DNA of 64,000 nt from an uncultured Methanosarcinaceae archaeon (GCA_963733675.1 CAVTET010000004.1:176072-240071); one strand, 5' to 3'; positions 10,727 to 22,524 are shown, numbered from the stretch's first letter. The notes: a model not told the origin generated them from the letters alone. Numbers and translations: made by a program.

Positions 10727-11953
10727 TTGAGTCAGCCCTGTGTTAATATCGGCATGGTAGGACATGTCGACCATGGAAAAACCACGCTTGTTAAAGCCTT
10801 ATCAGGCGTCTGGACAGATACGCATAGTGAAGAAGTAAAAAGAGGAATTTCTATCAGGCTGGGGTATGCAGACTCACCATTTATGAAGTGTCCTAAATGC
10901 CTTGAGCCTTATTGTTACACTGTGGAAAAGACTTGTCCTAACTGCGGTGAAAAAACGGTAGAACATCGGACAGTGTCTTTTGTAGATGCTCCAGGACACG
11001 AAACCCTGATGGCAACCATGCTCTCAGGAGCTGCAATTATGGATGGTGCAGTGCTGGTAATTGCTGCAAATGAAGATTGCCCACAGCCACAGACAAAGGA
11101 ACATTTGATGGCCCTGGATATAATAGGGATTGAAAATATCGTAATAGTGCAAAATAAAATTGATCTTGTATCCAAAGAACGTCTTATGGAGCACTACAAT
11201 CAGATAAAGGAGTTTGTCAAAGGAACGGTGGCCGAAAAAGCACCTATAATACCTATCTCTGCTCAACAGAATATCAACATTGATGTCCTGATCGACGCTC
11301 TAAAAACCCAAATTCCGACTCCTGTCCACAAAATGGATAAGCCTGCAAGCATGCTGATTGCGCGGTCTTTTGACATCAACAAGCCGGGGGCTTCAATCGA
11401 CGAAATTTATGGAGGAGTCATTGGAGGCACCTTGACAGATGGTGTACTTCATCCTGGGGACGAACTCGAGATAAGGCCTGGAATTAAGGTTACAACCGAA
11501 GGAAGTACCAGATGGATTCCCATCTTAACAGTTGTTTCATCTATCTATGCAGGAGCAAAAAAAGTAGAAGAAGCAACTCCAGGAGGTCTTCTGGCTGTTG
11601 GAACTTATCTTGATCCTACCCTTACGAAAGGTGATTCTTTAACAGGACAGATTGCAGGCGCACCAGGTACACTTCCAGATACTAGACACCAGTTTGTTAT
11701 GGAATTACACTTGCTTGAGAGGGTTGTTGGAGTTACAAGAGAAGAAAAAATCAATGAAATTAAGACCAGCGAACCCCTTATGCTCAACATAGGAACCGCA
11801 ACGACTGTAGGAGTAGTCACAAGTGCTAGGAAAAATGAAGCACAAGTAGCACTTAAACGTCCGATAAGTGCAGCCATTGGGGCACGGGTTGCTATTAGCA
11901 GGAGAATTGATTCTCGCTGGCGGCTCATTGGAGTAGGGGTAATTAAAAGTTGA
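10727..11953 (+). CDS. eif2g: translation initiation factor aIF2 gamma subunit
   Basis: GTPase motifs [15 protein letters not shown] and NKID, plus the zinc knuckle CPKC...CPNC. TTG start. Confidence 0.95.
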   Translation: MSQPCVNIGMVGHVDHGKTTLVKALSGVWTDTHSEEVKRGISIRLGYADSPFMKCPKCLEPYCYTVEKTCPNCGEKTVEHRTVSFVDAPGHETLMATMLSGAAIMDGAVLVIAANEDCPQPQTKEHLMALDIIGIENIVIVQNKIDLVSKERLMEHYNQIKEFVKGTVAEKAPIIPISAQQNINIDVLIDALKTQIPTPVHKMDKPASMLIARSFDINKPGASIDEIYGGVIGGTLTDGVLHPGDELEIRPGIKVTTEGSTRWIPILTVVSSIYAGAKKVEEATPGGLLAVGTYLDPTLTKGDSLTGQIAGAPGTLPDTRHQFVMELHLLERVVGVTREEKINEIKTSEPLMLNIGTATTVGVVTSARKNEAQVALKRPISAAIGARVAISRRIDSRWRLIGVGVIKS

Positions 11954-12315
11954 AAATCATAATTGACACTAATGGATTCATGGTCCCAATCCAATTCGGA
12001 GTAGATATTTTCGAAGAACTTAATAGGCTGGGGTTTAACGAATTTTGTGTGCCCGAAGCTGTAATATTCGAGATAGAAAGACTGATAAAGCGGGAAAAAG
12101 GTTCGGACAGAACAGCCGCAAAAGTCGCCAGGTCCATGATGGGGAGATGCGAGCGAATAGTTGCTACAGGGTCTGCAGATGATGTGATTCTAAGGCTAGC
12201 AAAGAATATGGGAGCCGCTGTTCTGACAAACGATAGAGAATTGAAGCGAAGGCTTGCAGATAATAGGATACAGACTGTTTCCATGCGTCAGAAAAACAAG
12301 CTGGACATCGTATAA
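11950..12315 (+). CDS. PIN-domain protein of the conserved aIF2gamma-rpoE' cluster
   Basis: 121 aa. IIDTNGFM at the N-terminus and [11 protein letters not shown] near the C-terminus are PIN acidic-residue motifs. There is a 4-nt overlap with the eif2g stop codon. Confidence 0.8.
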   Translation: MKIIIDTNGFMVPIQFGVDIFEELNRLGFNEFCVPEAVIFEIERLIKREKGSDRTAAKVARSMMGRCERIVATGSADDVILRLAKNMGAAVLTNDRELKRRLADNRIQTVSMRQKNKLDIV

Positions 12316-12375
12316 AGAGCCACCATTTTTTTTAAGGTAGTATTGTAATTGATTGTGTTTAAAGGTGATTAACAT

Positions 12376-12960
12376 ATGTATAAAATGATGACACTAGTTG
12401 ATACTGTTCGCATCCCTCCTACCTTGCTTGGGGAAGAAGTGATGTCAACTATTAAAAACGCTTTAAGGGAAAAACTGGAGGGACAAGTCGACAAAAAACT
12501 TGGTTCCCTCGTAGCTATTTGCAAGATCACCGAAATTGGAGAAGGGCATATACTCGTAGGAGACGGGGCAGTATATTATGATGTGACGTTCGAAGCCGTC
12601 ATGTTTGTACCTGAGCTCCAGGAAATAATTGAAGGTGAAGTTGTGGAAGCCGTCGGTTTCGGAGTTTTCGTAGGCATGGGGCCAATGGACGGATTGCTTC
12701 ACGTCAGCCAAATTACGGATGATTTTTTTTCATACGATTCCAAAAACGCGAGGCTTGTAACCAAAAATGGAAGCAAGTCAATCGCTGAGGGAGATCATGT
12801 GAGAGCCAGGGTTGTTGCAGTAAGCATCAACGAAAGAGAGCCAAAAGAGAGCAAAATAGGACTTACCATGCGTCAGACTGCTCTTGGAAAACTTCAGTGG
12901 CTCGAAGAAGCCAACAAAAAGAAACAGCTTCATGAAGTTCTAAATGAAGGGACTGCATGA
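12376..12960 (+). CDS. rpoE: DNA-directed RNA polymerase subunit E' (Rpo7)
   Basis: N-terminal MTLVDTVRIPP and a C-terminal S1 fold (GEVVEAVGFGVFVGMGPMDGLLHVSQI). Confidence 0.9.
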   Translation: MYKMMTLVDTVRIPPTLLGEEVMSTIKNALREKLEGQVDKKLGSLVAICKITEIGEGHILVGDGAVYYDVTFEAVMFVPELQEIIEGEVVEAVGFGVFVGMGPMDGLLHVSQITDDFFSYDSKNARLVTKNGSKSIAEGDHVRARVVAVSINEREPKESKIGLTMRQTALGKLQWLEEANKKKQLHEVLNEGTA

Positions 12961-12985
12961 AAAGAAACAAAAAAGAGGATTTTTA

Positions 12986-13171
12986 ATGACAGAAAAAGTT
13001 TGTCGTCACTGCATGAGGGTCTTGGAAGGACAAAATTGCCCTATCTGCGGGACTTCAGATCTGGCAGAAGGATGGAGTGGGCTTTTAATTATTCTGGACG
13101 CTGAGCGCTCAAAAATCGCAAAAAAACTTGGGGTAGATATCCCAGATAGATTTGCCTTGAAGGTGCGCTGA
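12986..13171 (+). CDS. spt4: transcription elongation factor Spt4 / RNA polymerase subunit E''
   Basis: 61 aa with the zinc ribbon CRHC...CPIC. Start placed at ATG 12986 after AGAGGA; the tracked ORF starts earlier at 12944. Confidence 0.85.
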   Translation: MTEKVCRHCMRVLEGQNCPICGTSDLAEGWSGLLIILDAERSKIAKKLGVDIPDRFALKVR

Positions 13172-13172
13172 T

Positions 13173-13760
13173 TTGAGAATTCAAATAGAACTGCCTAGAG
13201 AACTTCGCCCTCTTATGAAAAAACCTTTCGGTAAACTTTATGCAGGGAATGGCAGCGATACCATAGAGAAGTTTGTAGGGGAGCTTGCAAGCTCCACAAA
13301 ACTTATATCCGTAGGGGATGTTACTACCTTCCACTTACTAGAAGCTGGGATTTTTCCGGACATCTGTATTGTGGACAATCGCACCAAAAGGAAACCTGTT
13401 GCTAGACATGTTTCGACTCGGAACATGGACAACGTCTATGAAGAAGTTTCTGTGGAGAATCCAGCAGGGATTATTACAGATGAATTAATTAAAACCCTTT
13501 GTGAAGCTTTTACCTCCGAAAAGCCTATAAGGATTTTCGTAAAAGGAGAAGAAGATCTGGCCACCCTTCCTGTAATCTTGTTGGCTCCCCTGGGAGCTGT
13601 GGTTCTGTACGGCCAACCTGATGAAGGCGTAGTTTTTGTGAAGGTCACTGAGGAAAAGAAAAGGGAGATAAGGACTCTATTTGAAAAACTCATCAGCGAT
13701 AATCAGAATTACGAATTGGATAAAATACGGAGAATCTTAGATGGACATAAAGATCCTTAA
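13173..13760 (+). CDS. DUF359 protein (GTP-dependent dephospho-CoA kinase family)
   Basis: 195 aa in the conserved position after spt4. Motifs VGDVTT and VKGEEDL are typical of DUF359. TTG start 2 nt after the spt4 stop. Confidence 0.78.
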   Translation: MRIQIELPRELRPLMKKPFGKLYAGNGSDTIEKFVGELASSTKLISVGDVTTFHLLEAGIFPDICIVDNRTKRKPVARHVSTRNMDNVYEEVSVENPAGIITDELIKTLCEAFTSEKPIRIFVKGEEDLATLPVILLAPLGAVVLYGQPDEGVVFVKVTEEKKREIRTLFEKLISDNQNYELDKIRRILDGHKDP

Positions 13761-14046
13761 AGACAAAAAAAATGCACTTTTAAACAGAAGGGAACTGAAT
13801 TTCATAGTGAAATATGAAGGTTCGACTCCTTCCAGAAATGATGTCAGGAATAAACTTGCTGCAATATTGAATGCACCCCTTGAAATGCTAGTAATCCAGA
13901 GAATCAAAACAGAATACGGAATGCAGGAAAGTAAGGGCTATGCCAAACTCTACGAAAATGCAAATCGCATGAAAGAAGTAGAACTGGAATACATCTTGAA
14001 GAGAAAACAAGCTCCCTTAGAAGAAACTGAGGGGAAAGAGGCCTAA
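13741..14046 (+). CDS. rps24e: 30S ribosomal protein S24e
   Basis: [23 protein letters not shown]... matches the S24e N-terminus. Overlaps the preceding gene by 20 nt. Confidence 0.9.
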   Translation: MDIKILKDKKNALLNRRELNFIVKYEGSTPSRNDVRNKLAAILNAPLEMLVIQRIKTEYGMQESKGYAKLYENANRMKEVELEYILKRKQAPLEETEGKEA

Positions 14047-14069
14047 AACCTTGATAGAGGTGTATACAC

Positions 14070-14219
14070 ATGCCAGTTAAAAAATACTATAAAGTCCAGG
14101 GCGATTCAGTAACCAGACTCAAGCAATTCTGTCCAAGATGTGGACCAGGTGTATTCCTTGCCGAACACAAAAACCGCCTTGCCTGTGGAAAGTGCGGTTA
14201 TACTGAATTCAAGAAGTAA
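14070..14219 (+). CDS. rps27ae: 30S ribosomal protein S27ae (zinc ribbon)
   Basis: Below the 60-aa cutoff of the ORF track. I read ATG at 14070 and TAA at 14217-14219, giving 49 aa: [49 protein letters not shown]. It has CPRC...CGKC and the canonical position after S24e. Confidence 0.85.
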   Translation: MPVKKYYKVQGDSVTRLKQFCPRCGPGVFLAEHKNRLACGKCGYTEFKK

Positions 14220-14362
14220 TCTATTTTATAAAATAATTTAAATGAATTAGGAATGCTACAGTATTAATAATCTCATAGTTCCGAAATCATTTCTACAAAT
14301 CAGAAAAATATCCAATAAAATTATTTAAAGCAATGAAGTGGTTAATTAAAACAACGGAAAAT

Positions 14363-14400
14363 AACTCCACTTTTGGTATAGACACAACCAGTTTATTTCC
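14363..14400 (+). repeat. R4 short repeat, copy a
   Basis: AACTCCACTTTTGGTATAGACACAACCAGTTTATTTCC. Confidence 0.6.
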
Positions 14401-14589
14401 TATATTTTTTAAATTAGGTAGTATCTTTGATAAATTAATTTATCTGATTAAGTAAACTATGGATATCAAGAAGTTTTTAATTTTTATTTCATGCTGTTAC
14501 AGCCTCTACAAATTCTCTTGAGTCTACAACCAACGATCTAAGGTCAGAAATACGAGAATAAGAATTTATTAAATTTATATTATTTTGGA

Positions 14590-15080
14590 TTAAATAAAAG
14601 TTGTGGTGCTGCACTCATTTTGAAAAAACGTTGTATGTTCATATTACCACGCTGGTTATATAGAAATTGTTCACAATCAATTGTTTTTATTTGCTAAGTA
14701 TGCTTTGTTTTCGTTCTGCATTCCCTTGTTTTGAACATACCTTTTAATTACATCGGAAGTTGTGCCATCAACCGCAGTTCCAATGTAATCTCAATTACTC
14801 TTAAGTCGATCAAATACAACTGTTTTTAAATTTCAGAGTATTCTTCAACAACTTTTCTTGCTGTGGTACCTTTTATAATCTGCATCACTATTGAAAAAAA
14901 ATAGTTTAGTTCAGCACCAATGAAAAGATGTAAATGATCATCACCAATAGAGATTACATCAAACTAAAAACAATATCTCTTACCATTTTAAAGCGAATAT
15001 ATTTCAAAATCGTTGATTCTATCATTGCCTAAATGAAATTTCTCACGATATTCATGCAAATAAAAACAATATGATATCTT
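14590..15080 (-). pseudogene. IS200-like element relic B (reverse orientation)
   Basis: The reverse complement of 14860-15080 is nearly identical to 3182-3400. The C-terminal part (SIVMQIIKGTTARKVVEEYSEI-stop...SDVIKRYVQNKG) carries stops. Confidence 0.75.
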
Positions 15081-15174
15081 AGAGGATTTCGAGAAGCTCC
15101 TAAATTTGATCACATGATTATAAGTTATATATAAGTTACTAGTGAAAATTAGAGAGGTTTAACAGAATTCTCCT
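15081..15174 (-). repeat. M1 repeat, copy 7 (abuts IS200-like relic B)
   Basis: AGAGGATTTCGAGAAGCTCC...GAGAGGTTTAACAGAATTCTCC. Confidence 0.85.
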
Positions 15175-15315
15175 TATTTTTATAAACACAATAGTTTGAA
15201 TTCCGTAATTACATTTTAGAGTTCAAAAGTAGATAAAAATATGAATCAGTTAGTTGACAAAGGTTTTCGGGGAAGTTTGCATTCCCATTGAAAGCTAAAG
15301 GTATTCGATTTGAAT

Positions 15316-15342
15316 AAAAAAAAGTGAAAATTCAGTTTTCAC
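15316..15342 (-). terminator. hairpin plus T8 at the end of the por operon
   Basis: The minus strand reads GTGAAAA-CTGAA-TTTTCAC followed by TTTTTTTT. The hairpin includes the porB stop codon. Confidence 0.45.
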
Positions 15343-16229
15343 TTAAGACCATAGTGTTTTATATTCCAGTCTGCAGTGTCCTGGATTTTCTGGATTTCTT
15401 CTTCACCTCCTTCCATGGTGAAGAGGTGTTTGAATCTTTTTTGAGTTCTTAGGTATTCATCGACTGGCCTGGGATCCTTGATCCTCCTGACCTGCATTAT
15501 TTCTCCGTATTCCATATCATACATCGGCCAGAGACCGGTTTCTACTGCGAGTTTGGCAATCTCCAAGGTCTTTGAAGTGTCAAAGCCCCAGCCTGTAGTA
15601 CATGGGGAGTGGGAATGGATATATGTAGGGCCTACGATTTCTGTAGCTTTTTTTACCTTCCGGATCATGTCTCTTGGGAAGCCTATTGAGGTTGTGGCTA
15701 CATACGGAGAGCCGTGAGCTGCAATAATGGCGGGCATATTTTTTTTTGGCCGCGGGTTTCCAAAGGAGAATTTTCCAGCTGGGCTTGTTGTGGTACTAGC
15801 ATCGTACGGGGTTCCACTGCTGCGTTGGATTCCAGTGTTCATGTAGGCTTCGTTGTCCATGCATATATAAGTGAAATCATGACCCCGCTCAAAAGCACCT
15901 GAAATGGCACCGATTCCGATGTCCATCGTAGAGCCATCGCCTCCGATCGCGATAACCTTGATGTCGTTTTTTTTACCAAGGGCTTTTAAGGCAGCTTCTA
16001 CACCTGATGCCACTGCGCCTCCATTTTCAAAGAGAGAGTGAATCCAGGGGACCTTCCAAGATGACAGCGGGAAAGGTGTTGACATAACTTCAAGGCAGCC
16101 GGTAGGATTAACTACAATACAATTCGGACCTGCGCCCATAAGTGTGAATTTTGCAACAAAGGCATCACAGCAGCCTGCACAACCGCTATGCCCCGAAGAA
16201 AGATACATTTTTGGTGCAACTTTAGTCAT
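15339..16229 (-). CDS. porB: pyruvate:ferredoxin oxidoreductase beta subunit
   Basis: TPP-binding GGDGSTMDIG and N-terminal Cys ligands (SGHSGCAGCCD). 4-nt overlap with porA. Confidence 0.92.
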   Translation of the reverse strand: MTKVAPKMYLSSGHSGCAGCCDAFVAKFTLMGAGPNCIVVNPTGCLEVMSTPFPLSSWKVPWIHSLFENGGAVASGVEAALKALGKKNDIKVIAIGGDGSTMDIGIGAISGAFERGHDFTYICMDNEAYMNTGIQRSSGTPYDASTTTSPAGKFSFGNPRPKKNMPAIIAAHGSPYVATTSIGFPRDMIRKVKKATEIVGPTYIHSHSPCTTGWGFDTSKTLEIAKLAVETGLWPMYDMEYGEIMQVRRIKDPRPVDEYLRTQKRFKHLFTMEGGEEEIQKIQDTADWNIKHYGLK

Positions 16230-17434
16230 AGTAACTCCTCCTTAAGGTCCAGGAATTGGCTTTCAACCATGATTCCAGATTTTGCAGCTGCCTTGGTTCC
16301 TTCAATAACTTTTACAATGCTTTCTATACGAATGTCACGGCCTCCATGACCCAGAGTATAGCCCACGAGCGGTATGCGGACTTTGCTATTATAGAGGCAG
16401 GATTTGGTTTCGGTAAACAGGGCTCCTTCGTTTGTTCCTATAGATATATTCTTATCAAGCACAACAACTGCATTCGCATTCTGAATTGACTCAAGAATCT
16501 GCTCCTTCGGGAAGGGCCTGAAAGATCTGACTTTTAAAACACCAATCTTTTCTCCTTTTGCCCTGTACTGATCCACAACATCTTTAACAGTCCCAAGAAC
16601 AGAGCCCATACCCATGATAACAATTTCAGCATCCTCAATCATGTATCCATCAACAAGCCCACCGTGAAACCTGCCGAAAACTTCCTCAAACTCCTTCGCC
16701 ACGGCTTCAATCTTCGGAAGAGCTTTCCGCATTGCCTGTTCCTGTAAGTATCTGAATTCTTCGTAAGTATCAGGCGTTGCAAAGGCTCCAAAAGTCTTAG
16801 GATCTTCCGGGTCAAGCACATTTTCGGGATGGAAAGGCGGGAGGAAATTATCAACAAGATTCTGTTCAAGCAATACAACGGGCTCATAAACATGCGATAG
16901 AATAAAACCATCCATGCAGACCATTCCTGGTAACATGATTTCATGATCCTCTGCAATCTTATAGATTTGAGGTAGGGTATCAGATGCTTCCTGCACATCT
17001 TCTACATAAAGCTGAATCCAGCCGGTATCTCTTTGGGCAATCGCATCCTGATGGTCATTCCATATATTTATAGGAGCACTAACAGCCCTGTTTGTAACTG
17101 TCATTATAATTGGAAACCTCATGCCTGAAGCGTTAAAAAGTGCCTCATGCATTAGTAAGAGTCCCTGAGAAGTGGTAGCTGAATAGGTTCTTGCGCCTAC
17201 TGCTGCTGCTCCTATAAGCGAAGAAATTGCCGAGAATTCTGATTCAACATTTAAATATTCACAGTTGGGAATCTCACCATCTGCTATGAATTGAGCCAGA
17301 TTTTCAACAATATGGGTTTGGGGGGTGATTGGATAAGCTGAGATTACGTTTGGATGACAGATTTTTGCGGAATGAGCCACAGCATAAGAACCTTCCACGA
17401 CTACCATTTTCTCTTTATCAGCCGGGTTGATCAT
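16226..17434 (-). CDS. porA: pyruvate:ferredoxin oxidoreductase alpha subunit
   Basis: 402 aa with the typical N-terminus VVEGSYAVAHSAKICHPNVISAYPITPQT. Confidence 0.92.
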   Translation of the reverse strand: MINPADKEKMVVVEGSYAVAHSAKICHPNVISAYPITPQTHIVENLAQFIADGEIPNCEYLNVESEFSAISSLIGAAAVGARTYSATTSQGLLLMHEALFNASGMRFPIIMTVTNRAVSAPINIWNDHQDAIAQRDTGWIQLYVEDVQEASDTLPQIYKIAEDHEIMLPGMVCMDGFILSHVYEPVVLLEQNLVDNFLPPFHPENVLDPEDPKTFGAFATPDTYEEFRYLQEQAMRKALPKIEAVAKEFEEVFGRFHGGLVDGYMIEDAEIVIMGMGSVLGTVKDVVDQYRAKGEKIGVLKVRSFRPFPKEQILESIQNANAVVVLDKNISIGTNEGALFTETKSCLYNSKVRIPLVGYTLGHGGRDIRIESIVKVIEGTKAAAKSGIMVESQFLDLKEELL

Positions 17435-17766
17435 TATTTCTCCTCCAAAATCATCTCGATTGCATCTTCAGGGCACTCATTTGCGCAGATACCGCAGCCT
17501 TTGCAATAATCGTAATCGTGCTCGAAAAAGCCGTCTTCCCTAGGTTTGACTGACATGTCAGGGCATACGATCTCGCAGATTCCGCACTTGGTACATTTGT
17601 CATAATTATAAATAGGACGAAAATTCCTCCAGCCTCCTGTTTTGTTTTTAAGGGTCGAACCAGGTTTACAGACACTGCAGCATGTGATTTTCGATTCTCT
17701 CGTTTCATGATCATTTTTTAAAATTTCAGGACATATTGTGCTGTCTTGACTAGCTTCAATAGTCAT
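17434..17766 (-). CDS. porD: pyruvate:ferredoxin oxidoreductase delta subunit (2x[4Fe-4S] ferredoxin)
   Basis: Two CxxCxxCxxxCP motifs ([24 protein letters not shown]). Confidence 0.9.
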   Translation of the reverse strand: MTIEASQDSTICPEILKNDHETRESKITCCSVCKPGSTLKNKTGGWRNFRPIYNYDKCTKCGICEIVCPDMSVKPREDGFFEHDYDYCKGCGICANECPEDAIEMILEEK

Positions 17767-18308
17767 ACTCTCACCTTAATGAGCTCGTAAGCTTTTTGAA
17801 TCGCCTCTGCATTCTTTTCTCCAATTTTTCCTGGAAAACGAGCCTTTATCGCATGATAGATAGATTCCACTTTAATTTCTTCAGTTGCGCCCGCAAAAGC
17901 TCCAAGGAGAACAGTGTTTACTATGGGACGACCTATGATATCCATTGCCACCTTTGTAGCGTCCGCAGTCATAACTCTAGCATTTGTATTAATTTTCAAA
18001 CTTTCCGGTTTTTCTGTAGTGTTGACAATAATTACTCCATCATCTTTTATCCCGTTTGCAACGTCAACAGTTTCAAGGAGGGTTACATCCTGAACAATAA
18101 CATAATCAGGGGTATATATCTGGCTTCTGAGCCTGATTGGATTGTTACTGATCCTGGTAAATGCTTGTACAGGAGCGCCTCTGCGCTCTACCCCAAAAGC
18201 AGGAAAAGCCTGGCTAAATTTTCCATCTTTAAAAGCTGCGACGGAAAGCAGCTCAGCCGCGGTGACAGAACCTTGACCTCCTCGACCATGTATTCTAATT
18301 TCCTTCAT
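17763..18308 (-). CDS. porC: pyruvate:ferredoxin oxidoreductase gamma subunit
   Basis: [21 protein letters not shown] is the canonical gamma-subunit N-terminus. AAGGAG lies 7 nt upstream of the ATG. Confidence 0.9.
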   Translation of the reverse strand: MKEIRIHGRGGQGSVTAAELLSVAAFKDGKFSQAFPAFGVERRGAPVQAFTRISNNPIRLRSQIYTPDYVIVQDVTLLETVDVANGIKDDGVIIVNTTEKPESLKINTNARVMTADATKVAMDIIGRPIVNTVLLGAFAGATEEIKVESIYHAIKARFPGKIGEKNAEAIQKAYELIKVRV

Positions 18309-18496
18309 ATGGATTCTCCTTCTTGAATCGCTTATCTAGATGTCATTATGTCTATTGATTCGTCAGAAAAAATTTAAACATTAGACGATTTATTCAGGCA
18401 CCACTGCGATATTCACTACTGATCACAAGGCTTTAAAACATAGATTGTTAACAGTTAGACGTTCAATCCGTTTCTGTTCCTTTTTTGACTGATTGT

Positions 18497-18586
18497 AGAG
18501 AATTTCGATAAACCGATGAATTTCAAGAGTCATATATACTATTTATAAACCATATGACAAAGTTTTGGAGTTTATCTAAATTCTCT
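18497..18586 (+). repeat. M1 repeat, copy 8
   Basis: AGAGAATTTCGATAAACCGATGAATTTCAAGAG...GGAGTTTATCTAAATTCTCT. Confidence 0.85.
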
Positions 18587-18935
18587 CTAGTCAATTTGTA
18601 GTGGAATTAATAGTAAGTTTTGGTGATCTAAGAAAATATTAAAAAATCTCCAAACATCGATCTGGAACTATTCATATAACTTATTACAACAATCAATAAA
18701 ATCAATATATTCATAATTATATATCCATGCCTTCAGTGCCCAATAGCTCATGGATAATAATGTAAGTTATTATTAGGTTTTCGGTGGGATTAGATAAATG
18801 TGTCTATATTTCTCCATTTTAGATTATATTCTGAATGTATTTATCTTCAAACTCTTCAAATTTAACTTGTACCAATAATTATGTTTTAAATGGGTTTGAT
18901 TATAAACGAATCTTATTTTTTTAAAAAATTATTTT

Positions 18936-19943
18936 TTAATCTTTTTCCTGACAGGAGCTCCTTACCAGATCAAATATGGCCTTTCCATCTTTTAGACCAT
19001 TAATCTTTTCCCTAATATTTCGTGAATTATGTAATCCTTTTGTAAACCAGTGAGCATGCATCCTCAGATTTTGAGAAGATAACAGATTATGTTCTTCAAG
19101 TAGGGTGATATATAATTCAAAATCTTCAAGCTGTCGGGCCTGCTTGTCTAGTTCCAGCTTTTCTCCGGTTTCCAGATAATATCTAATTCTCCTGAATATG
19201 AACGGATTTCCCATTGCAGCCCGCCCTATCATAAGCCCATCACAGCCTGTAAACTCAATAGTATTTTCTGCAGACTCTTCGTCCTTTATGTCACCGTTTG
19301 CAATCACTGGAATTGAAAGTTCGCGTTTGACTGCCTTGATAGCTACAAGATCCGAGCTTCCGGAGTACATCTGCTTTGCCTCCCTGCCATGCACCGTTAT
19401 GGCAAGAGCTCCTGCATTTTCGATAAGTTGCGCAATCTCAAGGGTCTTTTCATCTCTTTCCAAAATCCTGATCTTTACAGTTACAGGTGTTTTCAGGGCA
19501 TATGTTAACTCTGAGACTATTTCAGAAACAAGCTCTGGAGATTTGAGAAGAGCTGAACCGCACCCTGCTCCTATAATGCATTGTACGGGGCAGCCCATAT
19601 TGATATCGATGACTTCAGGCCTAAACTCACTTTCAACAAAGATGGCAGCTTCCCGCAGCTTTTCAGTTGAACTCCCAACAAGCTGAACTCCAAAAGGCCG
19701 GTCATAAAGTGAGCTCAGTCCTTTAAGAAGAGATTTCCGATTTTTGCTGAGCAAGGCATCTGAGTTGATCATTTCGGTGTATGTTATGTCAGCTCCATGC
19801 TGCCGGCATAGCAACCTGAAAGCTAAATTTGTAACTCCTGCCATGGGTGCAAGAAAAAGGTTTCCAGAAGTTTCAAGCTGACCAATTTTTAATTTATTAA
19901 GCGTCATTTTTATACAATTCAAATTACTTTTTTTTAAAGCCAT
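18936..19943 (-). CDS. dus: tRNA-dihydrouridine synthase (Dus family)
   Basis: FLAPMAGVTNLAFR, DINMGCP and VHGR motifs of the FMN TIM-barrel Dus family. The start may be the internal Met 12 codons downstream. Confidence 0.85.
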   Translation of the reverse strand: MALKKSNLNCIKMTLNKLKIGQLETSGNLFLAPMAGVTNLAFRLLCRQHGADITYTEMINSDALLSKNRKSLLKGLSSLYDRPFGVQLVGSSTEKLREAAIFVESEFRPEVIDINMGCPVQCIIGAGCGSALLKSPELVSEIVSELTYALKTPVTVKIRILERDEKTLEIAQLIENAGALAITVHGREAKQMYSGSSDLVAIKAVKRELSIPVIANGDIKDEESAENTIEFTGCDGLMIGRAAMGNPFIFRRIRYYLETGEKLELDKQARQLEDFELYITLLEEHNLLSSQNLRMHAHWFTKGLHNSRNIREKINGLKDGKAIFDLVRSSCQEKD

Positions 19944-20139
19944 TTTATGAATTAGATCTACTGTGATTTGTTAAAACTCAAATAGATTTCGCACAATTAT
20001 TTGAAAAATATCAGAATTTATATATGAAAGCCCTAAAATCGGAAACTAAAATGGATAATCTATAAAGGCCTTAAGAAGCAAAAGAGAAATAAAATAATCG
20101 AATCAAGAGATTGTGAAAGCGGAGACAAAATGCTAATTT

Positions 20140-21090
20140 TGAAAGTTTAGTCAAAAATTAATGTCTTTTTATGTTATTCTGTCCAATGAATACAAACACA
20201 AAAAAATCCCCTTCAATTTCTATCAAGAATATATGCGTTCCTATTAAATCGACTCTTGCGATTCAATTTTTTATGAAAACTTAATTTTTGTGATATTTTA
20301 GCAAGCATAACAGAAAGGATTTGGTTATCAATAAATTATTGATAGTCTTGGTGATATATAAGCTCACCAATAATTTTCGCATCAGAGAAGCTGGCAAATG
20401 GTTAAATAAGGGAAAAATTATCGACATCTCCGACCTCAAAAAATTTCATGAAAAGGTCCTTTACAGAACTCTTGAAATCTTGAAGAGTAACGAAAGAGAA
20501 ATCCTCCCTGATATTCTGAACAATATTTTTCAGTTGACGATTCAAAAAAAAGATTTAACTTTGGACTGAGCAAGTATAGTTCTTCAAAGCACTAAATCCA
20601 AACTTGGCAAGTATGGATATAGTAGTGATCAGAGACATGATGGATTATGGATAACAGTCTAATTTATTAAACTCAAGGAAACCATAAACATATCATGAAG
20701 TTACAGTTAATGGAGGCAATGTTCTTGACTTGCAGCATTTTTCTGACAATTTTATGATCAGGTGAAAATGAACTCAAAAACGGTTCTTGAATAATTTTTG
20801 ACAATGGAACTAATTCAGAAAACAATATTCAACTTCCTCAAAAAGAGAATATTAAGTATCTAGCTCCAATGAAACAGAATACAAGTGATAATAGAATAAT
20901 TGAAAAGTTTGATAAGAAAAAAGTCGAAAAGATAAACCCAGAAAAAGTATACGTGGGGTAAAAATCGTCAAGTTAAGTAGCATCCTCCATTCCGTAAATG
21001 TACAATTTGTTCACCAATTTGCCCACTATTATTCATTGAAAGTGAACAAATAGGCTAACAAATCATACATCTGTGTACATTTGTAGAGTA
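20140..21090 (+). pseudogene. DDE transposase relic (IS4/IS1634-like; assignment tentative)
   Basis: ORF 20321-20569 continues, after stops, into ...STKSKLGKYGYSSDQRHDG..., which resembles the GYSxDxRxD region of IS1634-type transposases. It is heavily interrupted. Confidence 0.55.
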
Positions 21091-21131
21091 AGGATTTAAA
21101 AAAAATAAATTGAAAATTATAGTTCAATTGG

Positions 21132-21683
21132 TTATGAGAATAATAGCCTGATATATCCTAGATAAGGAATCCTATACTGTGCAGTCCCTATAATCCACTT
21201 GTCTTTTACAAGCCCACTTATATCTCCTTGCTGGTCAAAGTACTGGTTAGTTATAACATTATCTCCTTTGGTGATATAACCAGAATACTGAGCAAGAGGC
21301 CCGCCTTCCCACATTGGCTCTCCAGCTTTTACCCTGTACATGGCTCTATGAATTATTGGGGTTACATCTTCAGTGCCATTAGGACGATAAAGAATCACAT
21401 CTCCATAATTTTTAAAAGATTCATATCCCGATTTTTTTCCTTCTTCATTCGTGATAATGTTCACTCGATCAATACTTTTCATAAAAACAATATCTCCGAT
21501 CTGTATATGCGGATCCATACTCTCTGACTCTACAGCAACCATAGGAGTCCAGAGACCAAATACCAACTTGGAAAGGAACATAAAAGTAATCAGTACAGCT
21601 ACAACCAACAGCAAGTCCTTTCCAAGTGAAACCCAGGAATTATCATCTTCCTGGGTACTATTTTCCTCATTAATTTTGCTCAT
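21132..21683 (-). CDS. signal peptidase I (archaeal/eukaryal Sec11 type)
   Basis: An N-terminal transmembrane helix followed by VESESMDP (catalytic Ser box) and TPIIHRAMY (His box). Confidence 0.85.
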   Translation of the reverse strand: MSKINEENSTQEDDNSWVSLGKDLLLVVAVLITFMFLSKLVFGLWTPMVAVESESMDPHIQIGDIVFMKSIDRVNIITNEEGKKSGYESFKNYGDVILYRPNGTEDVTPIIHRAMYRVKAGEPMWEGGPLAQYSGYITKGDNVITNQYFDQQGDISGLVKDKWIIGTAQYRIPYLGYIRLLFS

Positions 21684-21794
21684 ACTCAGTCTTTATTCCT
21701 TTAATTTCACTTTTTTTCGCGCCCATTAATTCTATTAGTCTTTGTCTGACAAAAATGTTATTCATTAAGTTATTGGGTATATACGCCAGGCTTT

Positions 21795-21890
21795 ATAGAA
21801 AATTTTTATAAACCCACTAATTTCTTCATATGCTTATAAAATGGTATATAAGTAATTCATGAAAATCAGAGTTTTATCGGAATCCTCTAT
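21795..21890 (-). repeat. M1 repeat, copy 9
   Basis: ATAGAAAATTTTTATAAACCC...CAGAGTTTTATCGGAATCCTCTAT. Confidence 0.85.
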
Positions 21891-22049
21891 TATTATTCCT
21901 TAAATTATTTCAGGCTACAATATAACCTCAGAGTTAAATATAGCTCTTTCTGTTAGTCTGACTTATTAAAAATAATTAAGTCTTTTTCCAGTATTTTTGC
22001 CTATTATTTGTTTTTATAAGAGACTAATTTTAAATCCCAATTTTCATAG

Positions 22050-22175
22050 ATTTACACAATAATGGCATTCGTTTTCTAAATATGACAGTTGTTTAAAAAT
22101 TAATTTAACTTTCAATATTATTAGTTGGCAAATAGGAAAACAAAATATATACCTGTGTATATCTGCAGAATGTCT
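22050..22175 (+). repeat. R2 repeat family, copy b
   Basis: ATAATGGCATTCGTTTTCTAAATATGACAGTTGTTTAAAAATTAATTTAACTTTCAAT...GGCAAATAGGAAAACAAAATATATACCTGTGTATATCTGCAGAATG. Confidence 0.65.
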
Positions 22176-22524
22176 GTTAAATCTATTCATCCAGTTATCA
22201 TATTTGTATAGTCATTTACTTAAAAAGAGGCAGATATCTTTTATAGTAGGCAGGAATCAAAAGGTATAAGTGTTACATGGGGAATATAAAATTTTTTAGA
22301 ATTACAATTTCATTTCATAAATTAATTTTAACACATTAATTTAGTATCTGTTAAGCATATATTTTGTATCTTATTAACTTTTATATTTTAAACATGTCTT
22401 TTGCTTGAGATCTTTTAAATTTGGAGCCAAATGAACCTTATGATAAATCAGATCCAAAAGGTTTAGAAAAGTTTATTTCGGTTTGGAAAGATTTGTGTCA
22501 GTCTAGGAATGTTAGGTTGGAAGT

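Noticed and set aside
20321-20569. 82-aa ORF considered as an intact small gene.
   Set aside because: It is the first open segment of a transposase relic whose homology continues downstream through several stops.
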